This document shows positions 10,482-18,712 of a stretch of DNA of 64,000 nt, piece by piece. The notes below the pieces were generated by a model. The model saw nothing but the letters and a program-made list of their open reading frames with translations, was not told the DNA's origin and did no database searches. A program made the translations under genes and the position numbers. This DNA is from Candidatus Latescibacterota bacterium (lineage in GTDB: Bacteria; Latescibacterota; UBA2968): NCBI GenBank assembly GCA_965222605.1, contig OZ244960.1, forward strand, positions 64,001-128,000, written 5' to 3'. Positions within the stretch are counted from its first letter, which is position 1; each line of letters opens with the position of its first letter.

Positions 10482-11840
10482 ATGACCCTCACCGCACTTT
10501 CTCCCCTCGACAATCGCTACACGAGTCGCTTGACAGACCTCGCTCCCTGTCTCTCGCATTTTGCACTAATAGCCTATCGCGTACAGATCGAAATCGAATG
10601 GTTGCGCTTTCAATCAGAGCACCCCGAACTCACACACATCCGCGCATTCACCGACGCTGAACATCAGATGTTGAAATCGTGGATAGACACTTTCGATGAA
10701 CAGCAGGCTCAACGCGTTGTCGCAATCGAAAGAGTCACCAATCACGATGTCAAATCCGTCGAATACTATGTCAGAGAACGCCTCGCGGAAACATCGCTCG
10801 CCGACGTATGCGAAGCCGTGCATTTTTGTTGCACCTCTGAAGACATCAACAATCTCTCTCACGCGCTCATGCTCAAATCCGCTATCAAAGATGTCTTTCT
10901 TCCACTGGCACAGCAAGTTATCCAAATCACTTCAAAACTCGCACAAGACACTAAAAACCTTTCTATACTCGCGCGCACACACGGCCAACCCGCCACCCCG
11001 ACCACGATGGGCAAAGAACTCGCAGTATTTGTCTATCGCTGGCAGCGGCAAATCAAACAGGCGACACAGCTCGAATACCTCGGCAAATTCAATGGCGCCA
11101 CCGGCAATTATAACGCGCACATCGCGGCCTATCCCGAAGTGCTCTGGCATGACCTCACCCGCGATTTCGTCCAGCGTTTCGGTCTCACATTCAATCCCCT
11201 CACCACGCAGATTGAATCGCATGATTATATGGCCGAAGTCTTTCACCTGATCATCCGATTCAACACTATCGCACTCGACTTTGCCCGCGACATGTGGACC
11301 TATATATCCCTATCCTATTTTCGCCAGAAAACAGTCGCTACAGAAGTCGGATCCTCGACTATGCCCCACAAAGTCAATCCCATCGATTTTGAAAATGCCG
11401 AAGCCAATCTGGGTATCAGTACAGCCCTGCTCGAACATCTATCGACCAAATTACCCGTCTCACGCCTTCAGCGCGACCTGTCTGATTCCTCAGCCAGTCG
11501 CAATATTGGCCCGGCTATCGGCCATGCGTGTCTCGCCCTGAAATCCCTCCTGAATGGCATGAGTAAGGTCGCCATCGGCAAACAGGCCATTGCCAGCGAT
11601 CTCGAAAACGCCTGGGAAATCCTCGGCGAAGCCGTACAAACCGTCATGCGAAAAAACGGATATGAAAATGCCTACGAGCTTATGAAAGACCTCACCCGCG
11701 GCACAGAGATTACAAAGGACGATCTCGACAATTTTCTCAACACTCTCAATCTGTCACCAGCAGACCTCAAACACCTGAAAAATCTAACGCCTCAATCTTA
11801 TATAGGACTTGCCCCGCAGCTTGTGGATGATATTTTATAG
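10482..11840 (+). CDS. purB: Adenylosuccinate lyase
   Basis: LTALSPLDNRY, TNHDVK, TSEDINN, ARTHGQ and SSTMPHKVNPIDFEN motifs; AAGGA RBS before ATG 10482. Confidence 0.97.
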   Translation: MTLTALSPLDNRYTSRLTDLAPCLSHFALIAYRVQIEIEWLRFQSEHPELTHIRAFTDAEHQMLKSWIDTFDEQQAQRVVAIERVTNHDVKSVEYYVRERLAETSLADVCEAVHFCCTSEDINNLSHALMLKSAIKDVFLPLAQQVIQITSKLAQDTKNLSILARTHGQPATPTTMGKELAVFVYRWQRQIKQATQLEYLGKFNGATGNYNAHIAAYPEVLWHDLTRDFVQRFGLTFNPLTTQIESHDYMAEVFHLIIRFNTIALDFARDMWTYISLSYFRQKTVATEVGSSTMPHKVNPIDFENAEANLGISTALLEHLSTKLPVSRLQRDLSDSSASRNIGPAIGHACLALKSLLNGMSKVAIGKQAIASDLENAWEILGEAVQTVMRKNGYENAYELMKDLTRGTEITKDDLDNFLNTLNLSPADLKHLKNLTPQSYIGLAPQLVDDIL

Positions 11841-11878
11841 TGGATAGCAGGTTGAATGCTGATTTCTAACCGCTACAA

Positions 11879-11926
11879 ATGATATATGTTTCCGACCTCG
11901 ACGGCACACTCTTGCGTAACAATTAA
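11879..11926 (+). pseudogene. HAD (Cof-like) hydrolase 5' stub
   Basis: Reads MIYVSDLDGTLLRNN*, i.e. HAD motif I (DxDGTLL) followed by a stop. Confidence 0.65.
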
Positions 11927-12016
11927 GTTGGAATCTTGTTCTCTGCCCGGTCTGTTCATCGTGAACTGGTCTGGACTTTGACCAGTTGTACACCGCTTTA
12001 CACTTCACACTTCATC

Positions 12017-12571
12017 ATGCCCTTTGAATTTGAGCACCTCGCCATACCCGACGTCATCCTCGTTCGCGCAAAGCGATTTTCCGATGGTCGCGGTTTTTTT
12101 GTTGAAACGTACAAACAGGACGATTTCGAAGCCAACGGCATTTTAGAAATGTTCGTTCAGGATAACCACTCTCGTTCTACCCGCGGCGTGCTACGCGGAT
12201 TGCACTACCAAAAAGCTCCTCGCGCACAGGGCAAACTCATCCAGGTAATCAAAGGCGAAATATACGATGTTGCCGTCGATATTCGTCGGGGATCCCCCAC
12301 TTATGGTCAGTGGACCGGCATTCATCTTTCCGAAGCGCGATTCGAACTCCTGTATGTACCCCCCGGTTTTGCACACGGCTTCTGCGTTCTCAGTGAGGTG
12401 GCGGACTTCACATATAAATGTACGGATATTTACGCACCAGAGACCTATCGCGGTATTTCCTGGGATGATCCCGACTTAGATATTTCCTGGCCCATAAAAA
12501 ACCCAATCCTTTCCAAGCGCGACCAAAATCTCCCCCCGCTCAAAGAGGCAGACAACAATTTCATTTACTGA
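12017..12571 (+). CDS. rfbC: dTDP-4-dehydrorhamnose 3,5-epimerase
   Basis: DGRGFF, QDNHSRS, RGLHYQ, DVAVDIR and GFAHGF motifs. Confidence 0.95.
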   Translation: MPFEFEHLAIPDVILVRAKRFSDGRGFFVETYKQDDFEANGILEMFVQDNHSRSTRGVLRGLHYQKAPRAQGKLIQVIKGEIYDVAVDIRRGSPTYGQWTGIHLSEARFELLYVPPGFAHGFCVLSEVADFTYKCTDIYAPETYRGISWDDPDLDISWPIKNPILSKRDQNLPPLKEADNNFIY

Positions 12572-12578
12572 GGATCCC

Positions 12579-15500
12579 ATGAGCCTGAAGCATTTTTTTC
12601 GCACATCCCCCACGCAGCAACACACCTTGCTCCAATTGTCAAAGCAACACGTCTCTGCACACATTCACGATATTGAAACTGAATACTGTTTCAACGTACA
12701 AACGGACAGTCCGCTTTCCGCTGACCAGCAAAGCCGGCTCACCTATCTGTTATCTGAAACCTTTGAAGCAGATCAATTCGCAGAGCAGTCCTTTCTTACG
12801 GGACCTGGCACGATCCTCGAAGTGGGGCCGCGCATGAATTTTTCTACGGCTTGGTCCACAAATGCCACGGCAATATGCCACGCCTGTGGGATCACGCAAA
12901 TTTCGCGTATCGAACGGTCGCGACGTTACCTCATCAAACCCTCCCTGAGCCTGGATCAACAGAATATCTTTTTATCCCTCGTACACGACCGCATGACCGA
13001 ATGCCCGTACCCTCACTCCCTTACCTCCTTTAAATCCGATGCAAAACCAGAGCCCGTATTCGAGATTTCCCTCATAGAAAAAGGTCGCCGCGCCCTCGAA
13101 AAAATCAATCGCACCATGGGCCTGGCATTCGACGAATGGGACCTCAATTATTACACAGACCTATTCCTCGATCAGATCGGGCGCAACCCCACCAATGTCG
13201 AATGCTTTGACATTGCCCAATCCAACAGCGAACACTGCAGGCACTGGTTCTTCAAAGGCCGCCTCATCATTGATAGCGAAGAGATGCCCGATCACCTCAT
13301 CGCCATGATCCAATCGCCGCTCAAAGCCAATCCCAACAACAGCACCATAGCCTTCAAAGACAATTCCAGCGCCATTCGAGGGTATCCGATCCGCACCATT
13401 GTGCCCACCACTATCGGTAGCCCATCCCCATTTGCATTCTCAGACCGCACCTGGGACATCATCTTCACAGCGGAAACGCACAACTTCCCATCGGGCGTTG
13501 CCCCTTTTCCCGGTGCAGAAACAGGTACCGGTGGACGCATCAGAGATGTGCAAGCCACGGGCCGCGGCGCACTTGTGGTCGCGGGCACAGCGGCGTATTG
13601 CGTGGGCAATTTGTATATCCCCGGATACGATCTGCCCTGGGAAAACCCCGCATTTCAGTACCCCGATAACCTCGCCACGCCCTTGCAAATCGCAATTGAA
13701 GCCAGCAATGGGGCCTCAGATTACGGCAACAAATTCGGCGAACCCCTCATACAGGGTTACACGCGATCTTATGGCGCGCGCCTGCCCAATGGAGAACGCA
13801 GAGAATGGATCAAACCCATTATGTTTAGCGGTGGAATCGGTCAAATGGACGCGCGTCATACCAATAAAGAAAAACCCGCGCCCCAAATGCTCGTCACTAA
13901 GATCGGTGGCCCGGCCTATCGTATTGGCATGGGGGGGGGCGCTGCTTCGAGCATGGTACAGGGTGAAAATGAAGCCGAACTCGATTTTAATGCCGTGCAG
14001 CGCGGCGACGCAGAAATGGAACAAAAACTCAATCGCGTGATCCGCGCCTGTGTTGAACTCGGCGATCAAAACCCCATTGTCAGCATCCACGATCAGGGTG
14101 CTGGTGGCAACTGCAATGTCCTCAAAGAAATCGTTGAGCCAGCAGGTGCTCGCATCGATATTCGCGCTGTGCCCATTGGGGATGAAACCCTATCTGTGCT
14201 CGAAATCTGGGGCGCCGAATATCAGGAAAACAATGCCCTGCTTATCCGCCCCGAACACGCCCATCTCTTTGACGCCCTCTGCAAACGAGAAAAGGTCATC
14301 TATGCTTTTGTCGGCGAAGTGACCGGCGATGGACAGGTGGTTGTCTTCGATAGCAAAGACAATACCACACCCGTTGACCTCGACCTGGAAAAATTCCTCG
14401 GCGATATGCCACAAAAACCATTCAAACTCGACCGCTTTCCCATCTGCACAGAACCGCTCATTCTGCCCGAGAACCTGACCGTTGAAAAAGCACTCGACCG
14501 CGTGCTTCGCCTCGTCTCTGTTGGTTCCAAGCGATTTCTCACCAACAAAGTTGACCGCTGCGTGACCGGGCTTGTCGCACAACAGCAATGCGTGGGACCG
14601 ATCCAGCTAACCGCAGCGGATGTCGCCGTCATTGCACAAAGCCATTTTGGCACGACTGGTGCCGCTACAGCCATTGGCGAACAACCCATCAAGGGTCTCA
14701 TCGATCCTGCGGCAATGGGACGCCTGTGCGTGGGCGAAATGCTCACCAACATCGCCTGGGCACGCCTGAGTGCTATCGAAGACATCAAATGCTCTGGCAA
14801 CTGGATGTGGGCAGCCAAATTGCCCGGAGAAGGCGCGGCGCTTTACGATGCAGCCCGCGCACTCACAGATATTCTACACGAATTGGGCATTGCCATAGAT
14901 GGCGGTAAGGACAGTCTATCGATGGCCGCAATCGCGCCGGGAGATGATGGCGATGAAACCGTCAAAGCACCCGGCACACTTGTCATATCGGGCTATGTCA
15001 CCAGCCCGGATATCACGCAGACCGTTACGCCCGACTTAAAATATCCCGACGAAGGTATCATACTTTACGTCGATCTCGGCGCAGACAAACATCGCCTCGG
15101 CGGATCTTCTCTCGCCCATGTGTATGAGCAACTCGGCAATGAGTCGCCAGATGTCGATGATCCCGCCCTGCTCAAACGCGCAATCGGCGCACTTCAATCC
15201 TGCATCGCAAAAAGTTATATTGCCTCGGGACACGACCGCAGCGATGGTGGCCTCCTCACCGCGCTTTTGGAAATGGCTTTTGCCGGCAACTGTGGTATTG
15301 AAATCGATCTTCAAACCCGTGCCAATGCGATCCCCGCGCTCTTTTCCGAAGAGCTCGGCCTCGTCTTTGAAGTGCGTTCAAAAAATCTGATGATCGTGCG
15401 AGAAATTTTTGAAAAAGCTGCCGTGCCTATCCAAACCATTGGAAAAGCGACATCCAGCCCCGACATCCAAATTTCTGTCAACAATCAGTGCGTTCTCAAA

Positions 15501-16484
15501 ACTCCCATGCCCGAATTGCGCGACCTGTGGGAAGCCACGAGTTTCCAGCTCGAACGCCGGCAAACCAATCCATTCTGCGTCGCGCAAGAAGAGGCTTTTC
15601 TACACGCGCGCACAGGTCCCAAATTCACCGTGCCTTTCACCCCAATGCCCACACCGCCCGCCATTCTCAATGCCAGTAGCAAACCCGCAGTCGCCATCGT
15701 GCGAGAAGAGGGCAGCAATGGAGACCGCGAAATGACCTCTGCGTTTTTTGCAGCGGGATTTGAACCCTGGGATGTGACCACCAGCGATCTCCTATCTGGC
15801 ACCATCGCGCTCGACCACCAATTCAGAGGAGTCGTATTTGTGGGCGGATTCAGCTATGCCGATGTACTCGACTCGGCCAAAGGCTGGGCTGGTGTGATTC
15901 GCTTCAACGACGGCCTTCGCACTCAGTTTGATGCCTTCTACAACCGCCCCGATACCTTCAGCCTCGGCGTGTGCAATGGCTGCCAGCTCATGGCCCTGCT
16001 CGGCTGGGTTCCGTTCCCCGGCCTTGCCAATACGGCACAACCCCGGTTTATTCGCAACGAATCCGCGCGTTTTGAATCCCGCTTTTCCACTGTGCAAATT
16101 CAGGACAGTCCAGCGATTATGTTCAGAAACATGGCCGGGGCATCTCTCGGCGTGTGGGTCGCGCACGGCGAAGGCCGCGCATTTTTCCCTCGCGCAGACG
16201 TGCTTGACCGCGTCATAGACGAAAATCTTTGCCCCGTGCGCTATGTCGATGACAATAATACCGCGACCGAAGCCTATCCCTTTAACCCAAATGGTTCGCC
16301 ACACGGTATTGCCAGCCTTTGCTCCCCTGATGGACGCCACCTCGCCATGATGCCCCATCCCGAACGCACCTTTCTCAAGTGGCAATGGGGCTATATGCCA
16401 AACCACTGGAAACGCGATCTTCAGGCTTCTCCGTGGCTTCAACTATTCCAAAACGCCCGCGAGTGGTGCGAGGGTAAAACGTAA
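12579..16484 (+). CDS. purL: Phosphoribosylformylglycinamidine synthase, large single-chain type
   Basis: SEHCRHWFF, ETHNFP, HDQGAGG, DGGKDS; glutaminase domain GVCNGCQ and MPHPER; 1301 aa. Confidence 0.97.
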   Translation: MSLKHFFRTSPTQQHTLLQLSKQHVSAHIHDIETEYCFNVQTDSPLSADQQSRLTYLLSETFEADQFAEQSFLTGPGTILEVGPRMNFSTAWSTNATAICHACGITQISRIERSRRYLIKPSLSLDQQNIFLSLVHDRMTECPYPHSLTSFKSDAKPEPVFEISLIEKGRRALEKINRTMGLAFDEWDLNYYTDLFLDQIGRNPTNVECFDIAQSNSEHCRHWFFKGRLIIDSEEMPDHLIAMIQSPLKANPNNSTIAFKDNSSAIRGYPIRTIVPTTIGSPSPFAFSDRTWDIIFTAETHNFPSGVAPFPGAETGTGGRIRDVQATGRGALVVAGTAAYCVGNLYIPGYDLPWENPAFQYPDNLATPLQIAIEASNGASDYGNKFGEPLIQGYTRSYGARLPNGERREWIKPIMFSGGIGQMDARHTNKEKPAPQMLVTKIGGPAYRIGMGGGAASSMVQGENEAELDFNAVQRGDAEMEQKLNRVIRACVELGDQNPIVSIHDQGAGGNCNVLKEIVEPAGARIDIRAVPIGDETLSVLEIWGAEYQENNALLIRPEHAHLFDALCKREKVIYAFVGEVTGDGQVVVFDSKDNTTPVDLDLEKFLGDMPQKPFKLDRFPICTEPLILPENLTVEKALDRVLRLVSVGSKRFLTNKVDRCVTGLVAQQQCVGPIQLTAADVAVIAQSHFGTTGAATAIGEQPIKGLIDPAAMGRLCVGEMLTNIAWARLSAIEDIKCSGNWMWAAKLPGEGAALYDAARALTDILHELGIAIDGGKDSLSMAAIAPGDDGDETVKAPGTLVISGYVTSPDITQTVTPDLKYPDEGIILYVDLGADKHRLGGSSLAHVYEQLGNESPDVDDPALLKRAIGALQSCIAKSYIASGHDRSDGGLLTALLEMAFAGNCGIEIDLQTRANAIPALFSEELGLVFEVRSKNLMIVREIFEKAAVPIQTIGKATSSPDIQISVNNQCVLKTPMPELRDLWEATSFQLERRQTNPFCVAQEEAFLHARTGPKFTVPFTPMPTPPAILNASSKPAVAIVREEGSNGDREMTSAFFAAGFEPWDVTTSDLLSGTIALDHQFRGVVFVGGFSYADVLDSAKGWAGVIRFNDGLRTQFDAFYNRPDTFSLGVCNGCQLMALLGWVPFPGLANTAQPRFIRNESARFESRFSTVQIQDSPAIMFRNMAGASLGVWVAHGEGRAFFPRADVLDRVIDENLCPVRYVDDNNTATEAYPFNPNGSPHGIASLCSPDGRHLAMMPHPERTFLKWQWGYMPNHWKRDLQASPWLQLFQNAREWCEGKT

Positions 16485-16501
16485 GACGGGAGACGTAAGA
16501 T

Positions 16502-16525
16502 GTAGGGGCGAGGCATGCCTCGCCC
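16502..16525 (+). repeat. GTAG-type REP-like palindrome
   Basis: GTAG-GGGCGAGGCA/TGCCTCGCCC. Confidence 0.65.
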
Positions 16526-16578
16526 ATTTTAAGATACAAGAGGGGAATTCAAGCCCTACCTCTGTCGTCATCACTACA

Positions 16579-16619
16579 AAAAGACACGCCCCGCATTTTC
16601 CTGCTGGGGCGTGTCTTTT
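16579..16619. terminator. Bidirectional terminator between purL and phytase
   Basis: AAAAGACACGCCCC...GGGGCGTGTCTTTT. Confidence 0.8.
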
Positions 16620-16668
16620 GCAATTCGATGGACCTCGGGCGGCCGAAAAGATAGGGGGAAAATAGCCG

Positions 16669-17751
16669 TTATCGAGGGCCGCAGTCGAGGCCGAAGGCCG
16701 CGATGATCTCCGCCATGTCGAAGGCGGCGACGTTGCCGTCGTCATGCACGGCGTAGAAGGCACCCCGGGTGAAGGGGCCGAAGCTGCGGCCAGTGAGGGC
16801 GACGCCGTCGGTGTTGATGGTGACGGCTCCTGAGAAGGTGCCCCGGATGGCGAGATTCTCCCGGTCAAAAATCAGGAAGCGGTTTTTCACATAATCCTGG
16901 TCGGTGGCGAACCAGTAGCCGCGGCCTTCCGCGCATTCCAGCAGTGCCACGCCTTCCGGTTGGCGGTAGAAGACCCCGTCTCCGACGAGTTGGCCGGTGA
17001 ACCGCCCCTCGAGGTCATAGACCTTGATCACCCCTTCCGACTCATCGGCAACCAGCATCCTGCCGAGAAGGGGATCCATCGCGACCGACTCAACCTTCCT
17101 CAGGTAACCGTCCTCCGTGGTGTCACCAAAGGCACCGACGTACTCCCCAGTTAGCTGTGTCTCCGACACTTGCAGACGAAATCGGCGCAGACGCTCTCCC
17201 ATCTCCGTAGCTGGCGCCGAGGACGATTTCGGTTCATAGCTGTCGGTGACCCAGACGTCCCAGCCGCCTTCACCATGGGCCGCGGCAATTCCGTACGGCG
17301 CGCGTAGCACTTCGGCTCCGAGAAGGGCGACCGGCTCCAAGTCCGGCAGCGACAGGGCCTGCAGGCGATGATTGTCGCGCTCGACGACGATGACGAAGTC
17401 ACCGATCACGACGATGCCGTTGGGGCGCTGAAACTGACCCGCCTCGGTACCCGGACCGCCGACCCGGCGGATCAGCTTTCCGTTGACCGCGTCGTGAACG
17501 AGCAGTTGGTGCGCCGACTTGGCGGTGGAGAGAAGCCAGTGGCGGCCTCCGGGGCCGTGCCAGACCGCCGGAGAGTCGATGTCGTCCGCTTCCCGGCGCT
17601 CGGTGAGAAAGGTCTCGACGATAGTGACATCCGCATCGGGCGGCGTCCGAAGCAACGACCACGGAATGCCCTGACACTGGACAAGAAGCAGAGCCACCCC
17701 CAGATAGAGGGAGGCCAAGAAGATTCGCCACACAGAATTACAACAGATCAT
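16669..17751 (-). CDS. Beta-propeller phytase-like protein (possible lipoprotein)
   Basis: DDIDSPAVW, TAK, QPEGVAL, NTDGV and AVHDD motifs; signal peptide ending in Cys; visibly more GC-rich than its flanks. Confidence 0.8.
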   Translation of the reverse strand: MICCNSVWRIFLASLYLGVALLLVQCQGIPWSLLRTPPDADVTIVETFLTERREADDIDSPAVWHGPGGRHWLLSTAKSAHQLLVHDAVNGKLIRRVGGPGTEAGQFQRPNGIVVIGDFVIVVERDNHRLQALSLPDLEPVALLGAEVLRAPYGIAAAHGEGGWDVWVTDSYEPKSSSAPATEMGERLRRFRLQVSETQLTGEYVGAFGDTTEDGYLRKVESVAMDPLLGRMLVADESEGVIKVYDLEGRFTGQLVGDGVFYRQPEGVALLECAEGRGYWFATDQDYVKNRFLIFDRENLAIRGTFSGAVTINTDGVALTGRSFGPFTRGAFYAVHDDGNVAAFDMAEIIAAFGLDCGPR

Positions 17752-17872
17752 TTCTCTTTTCCTTTGCTATGGGATCGGTGAGATCCGTCGAACATTAAAC
17801 GAAAACCCCGCATAAACTATTTCAATCCTTTGGTATAATATAATTGAGGGATGTGCATAAATCAAGTCCAGA

Positions 17873-18515
17873 CAGCCTTTATGCTGCTGTGCTCAACTCG
17901 ACCAAAGGCTGGGCTGGTGTGATTCGCTTCAACGATGGCCTTCGCGCCCAGTTTGATGCCTTCTACAACCGCCCCGATACCTTCAGCCTCGGCGTATGCA
18001 ATGGCTGCCAGCTCATGGCCCTGCTCGGCTGGGTTCCGTTCCCCGGCCTTGCCAATACGGCACAACCCCGGTTTATTCGCAACGAATCCGCGCGTTTTGA
18101 ATCCCGCTTTTCCACTGTGCAAATTCAGGACAGTCCAGCAATTATGTTCAAAAACATGGCTGGCGCATCTCTCGGCGTGTGGGTCGCGCACGGCGAAGGC
18201 CGCGCATTTTTTCCCCGCGCAGACGTACTCGACCGCGTCATAGGCGAAAATCTCTGCCCCGTGCGCTATGTCGATGACAATAATACCGCGACCGAAGCCT
18301 ACCCCTTTAACCCAAATGGTTCGCCACACGGTATTGCTGGCCTTTGCTCCCCCGATGGTCGCCACCTCGCCATGATGCCCCACCCCGAACGCACCTTTCT
18401 CAAGTGGCAATGGGGTTATATGCCAAACCATTGGAAACGCGATCTTCAGGCCTCTCCCTGGCTTCAACTATTCCAAAACGCCCGCGAGTGGTGCGAAAAA
18501 ACGGGTGAGATGTAA
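17873..18515 (+). pseudogene. purL: Duplicated 3' end of purL (partial glutaminase domain)
   Basis: 17896-18496 matches 15871-16471 (offset 2025; ~25 differences in ~600 nt by manual count); no credible own start. Confidence 0.9.
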
Positions 18516-18540
18516 AATCCATAACACGCAGGTATAGAAC

Positions 18541-18566
18541 GTAGGGCGATCCCTTGTGATCACCCT
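18541..18566 (+). repeat. GTAG-type REP-like palindrome
   Basis: GTAGGGCGATCCCTTGTGATCACCCT, in the same relative position as the REP after the intact purL. Confidence 0.55.
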
Positions 18567-18635
18567 TTCGTAAGATACAAGGTAAATTCAAGCCCTGCTG
18601 CTCACAGACAGCTCCACCGCTGGAGTCATCATCAG

Positions 18636-18676
18636 AAAAAGAAAACGCCCCAGCATTGTTGTGCCGGGGCGTTCTT
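18636..18676. terminator. Terminator, diverged homolog of 16579-16619
   Basis: AAAAGAAAACGCCCC...GGGGCGTTCTT. Confidence 0.7.
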
Positions 18677-18712
18677 ATCAGATAGGTAAATTCCACTCTC
18701 GCAACCTCACCA

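Noticed and set aside
15871-18496. Prophage/ICE attL-attR
   Set aside because: No integrase is present; the repeat is ~600 nt and diverged, which fits homologous recombination better.
17844-18515. Independent purQ gene
   Set aside because: Lacks the N-terminal part of the glutaminase domain and a convincing start; it is a near-copy of the purL end.
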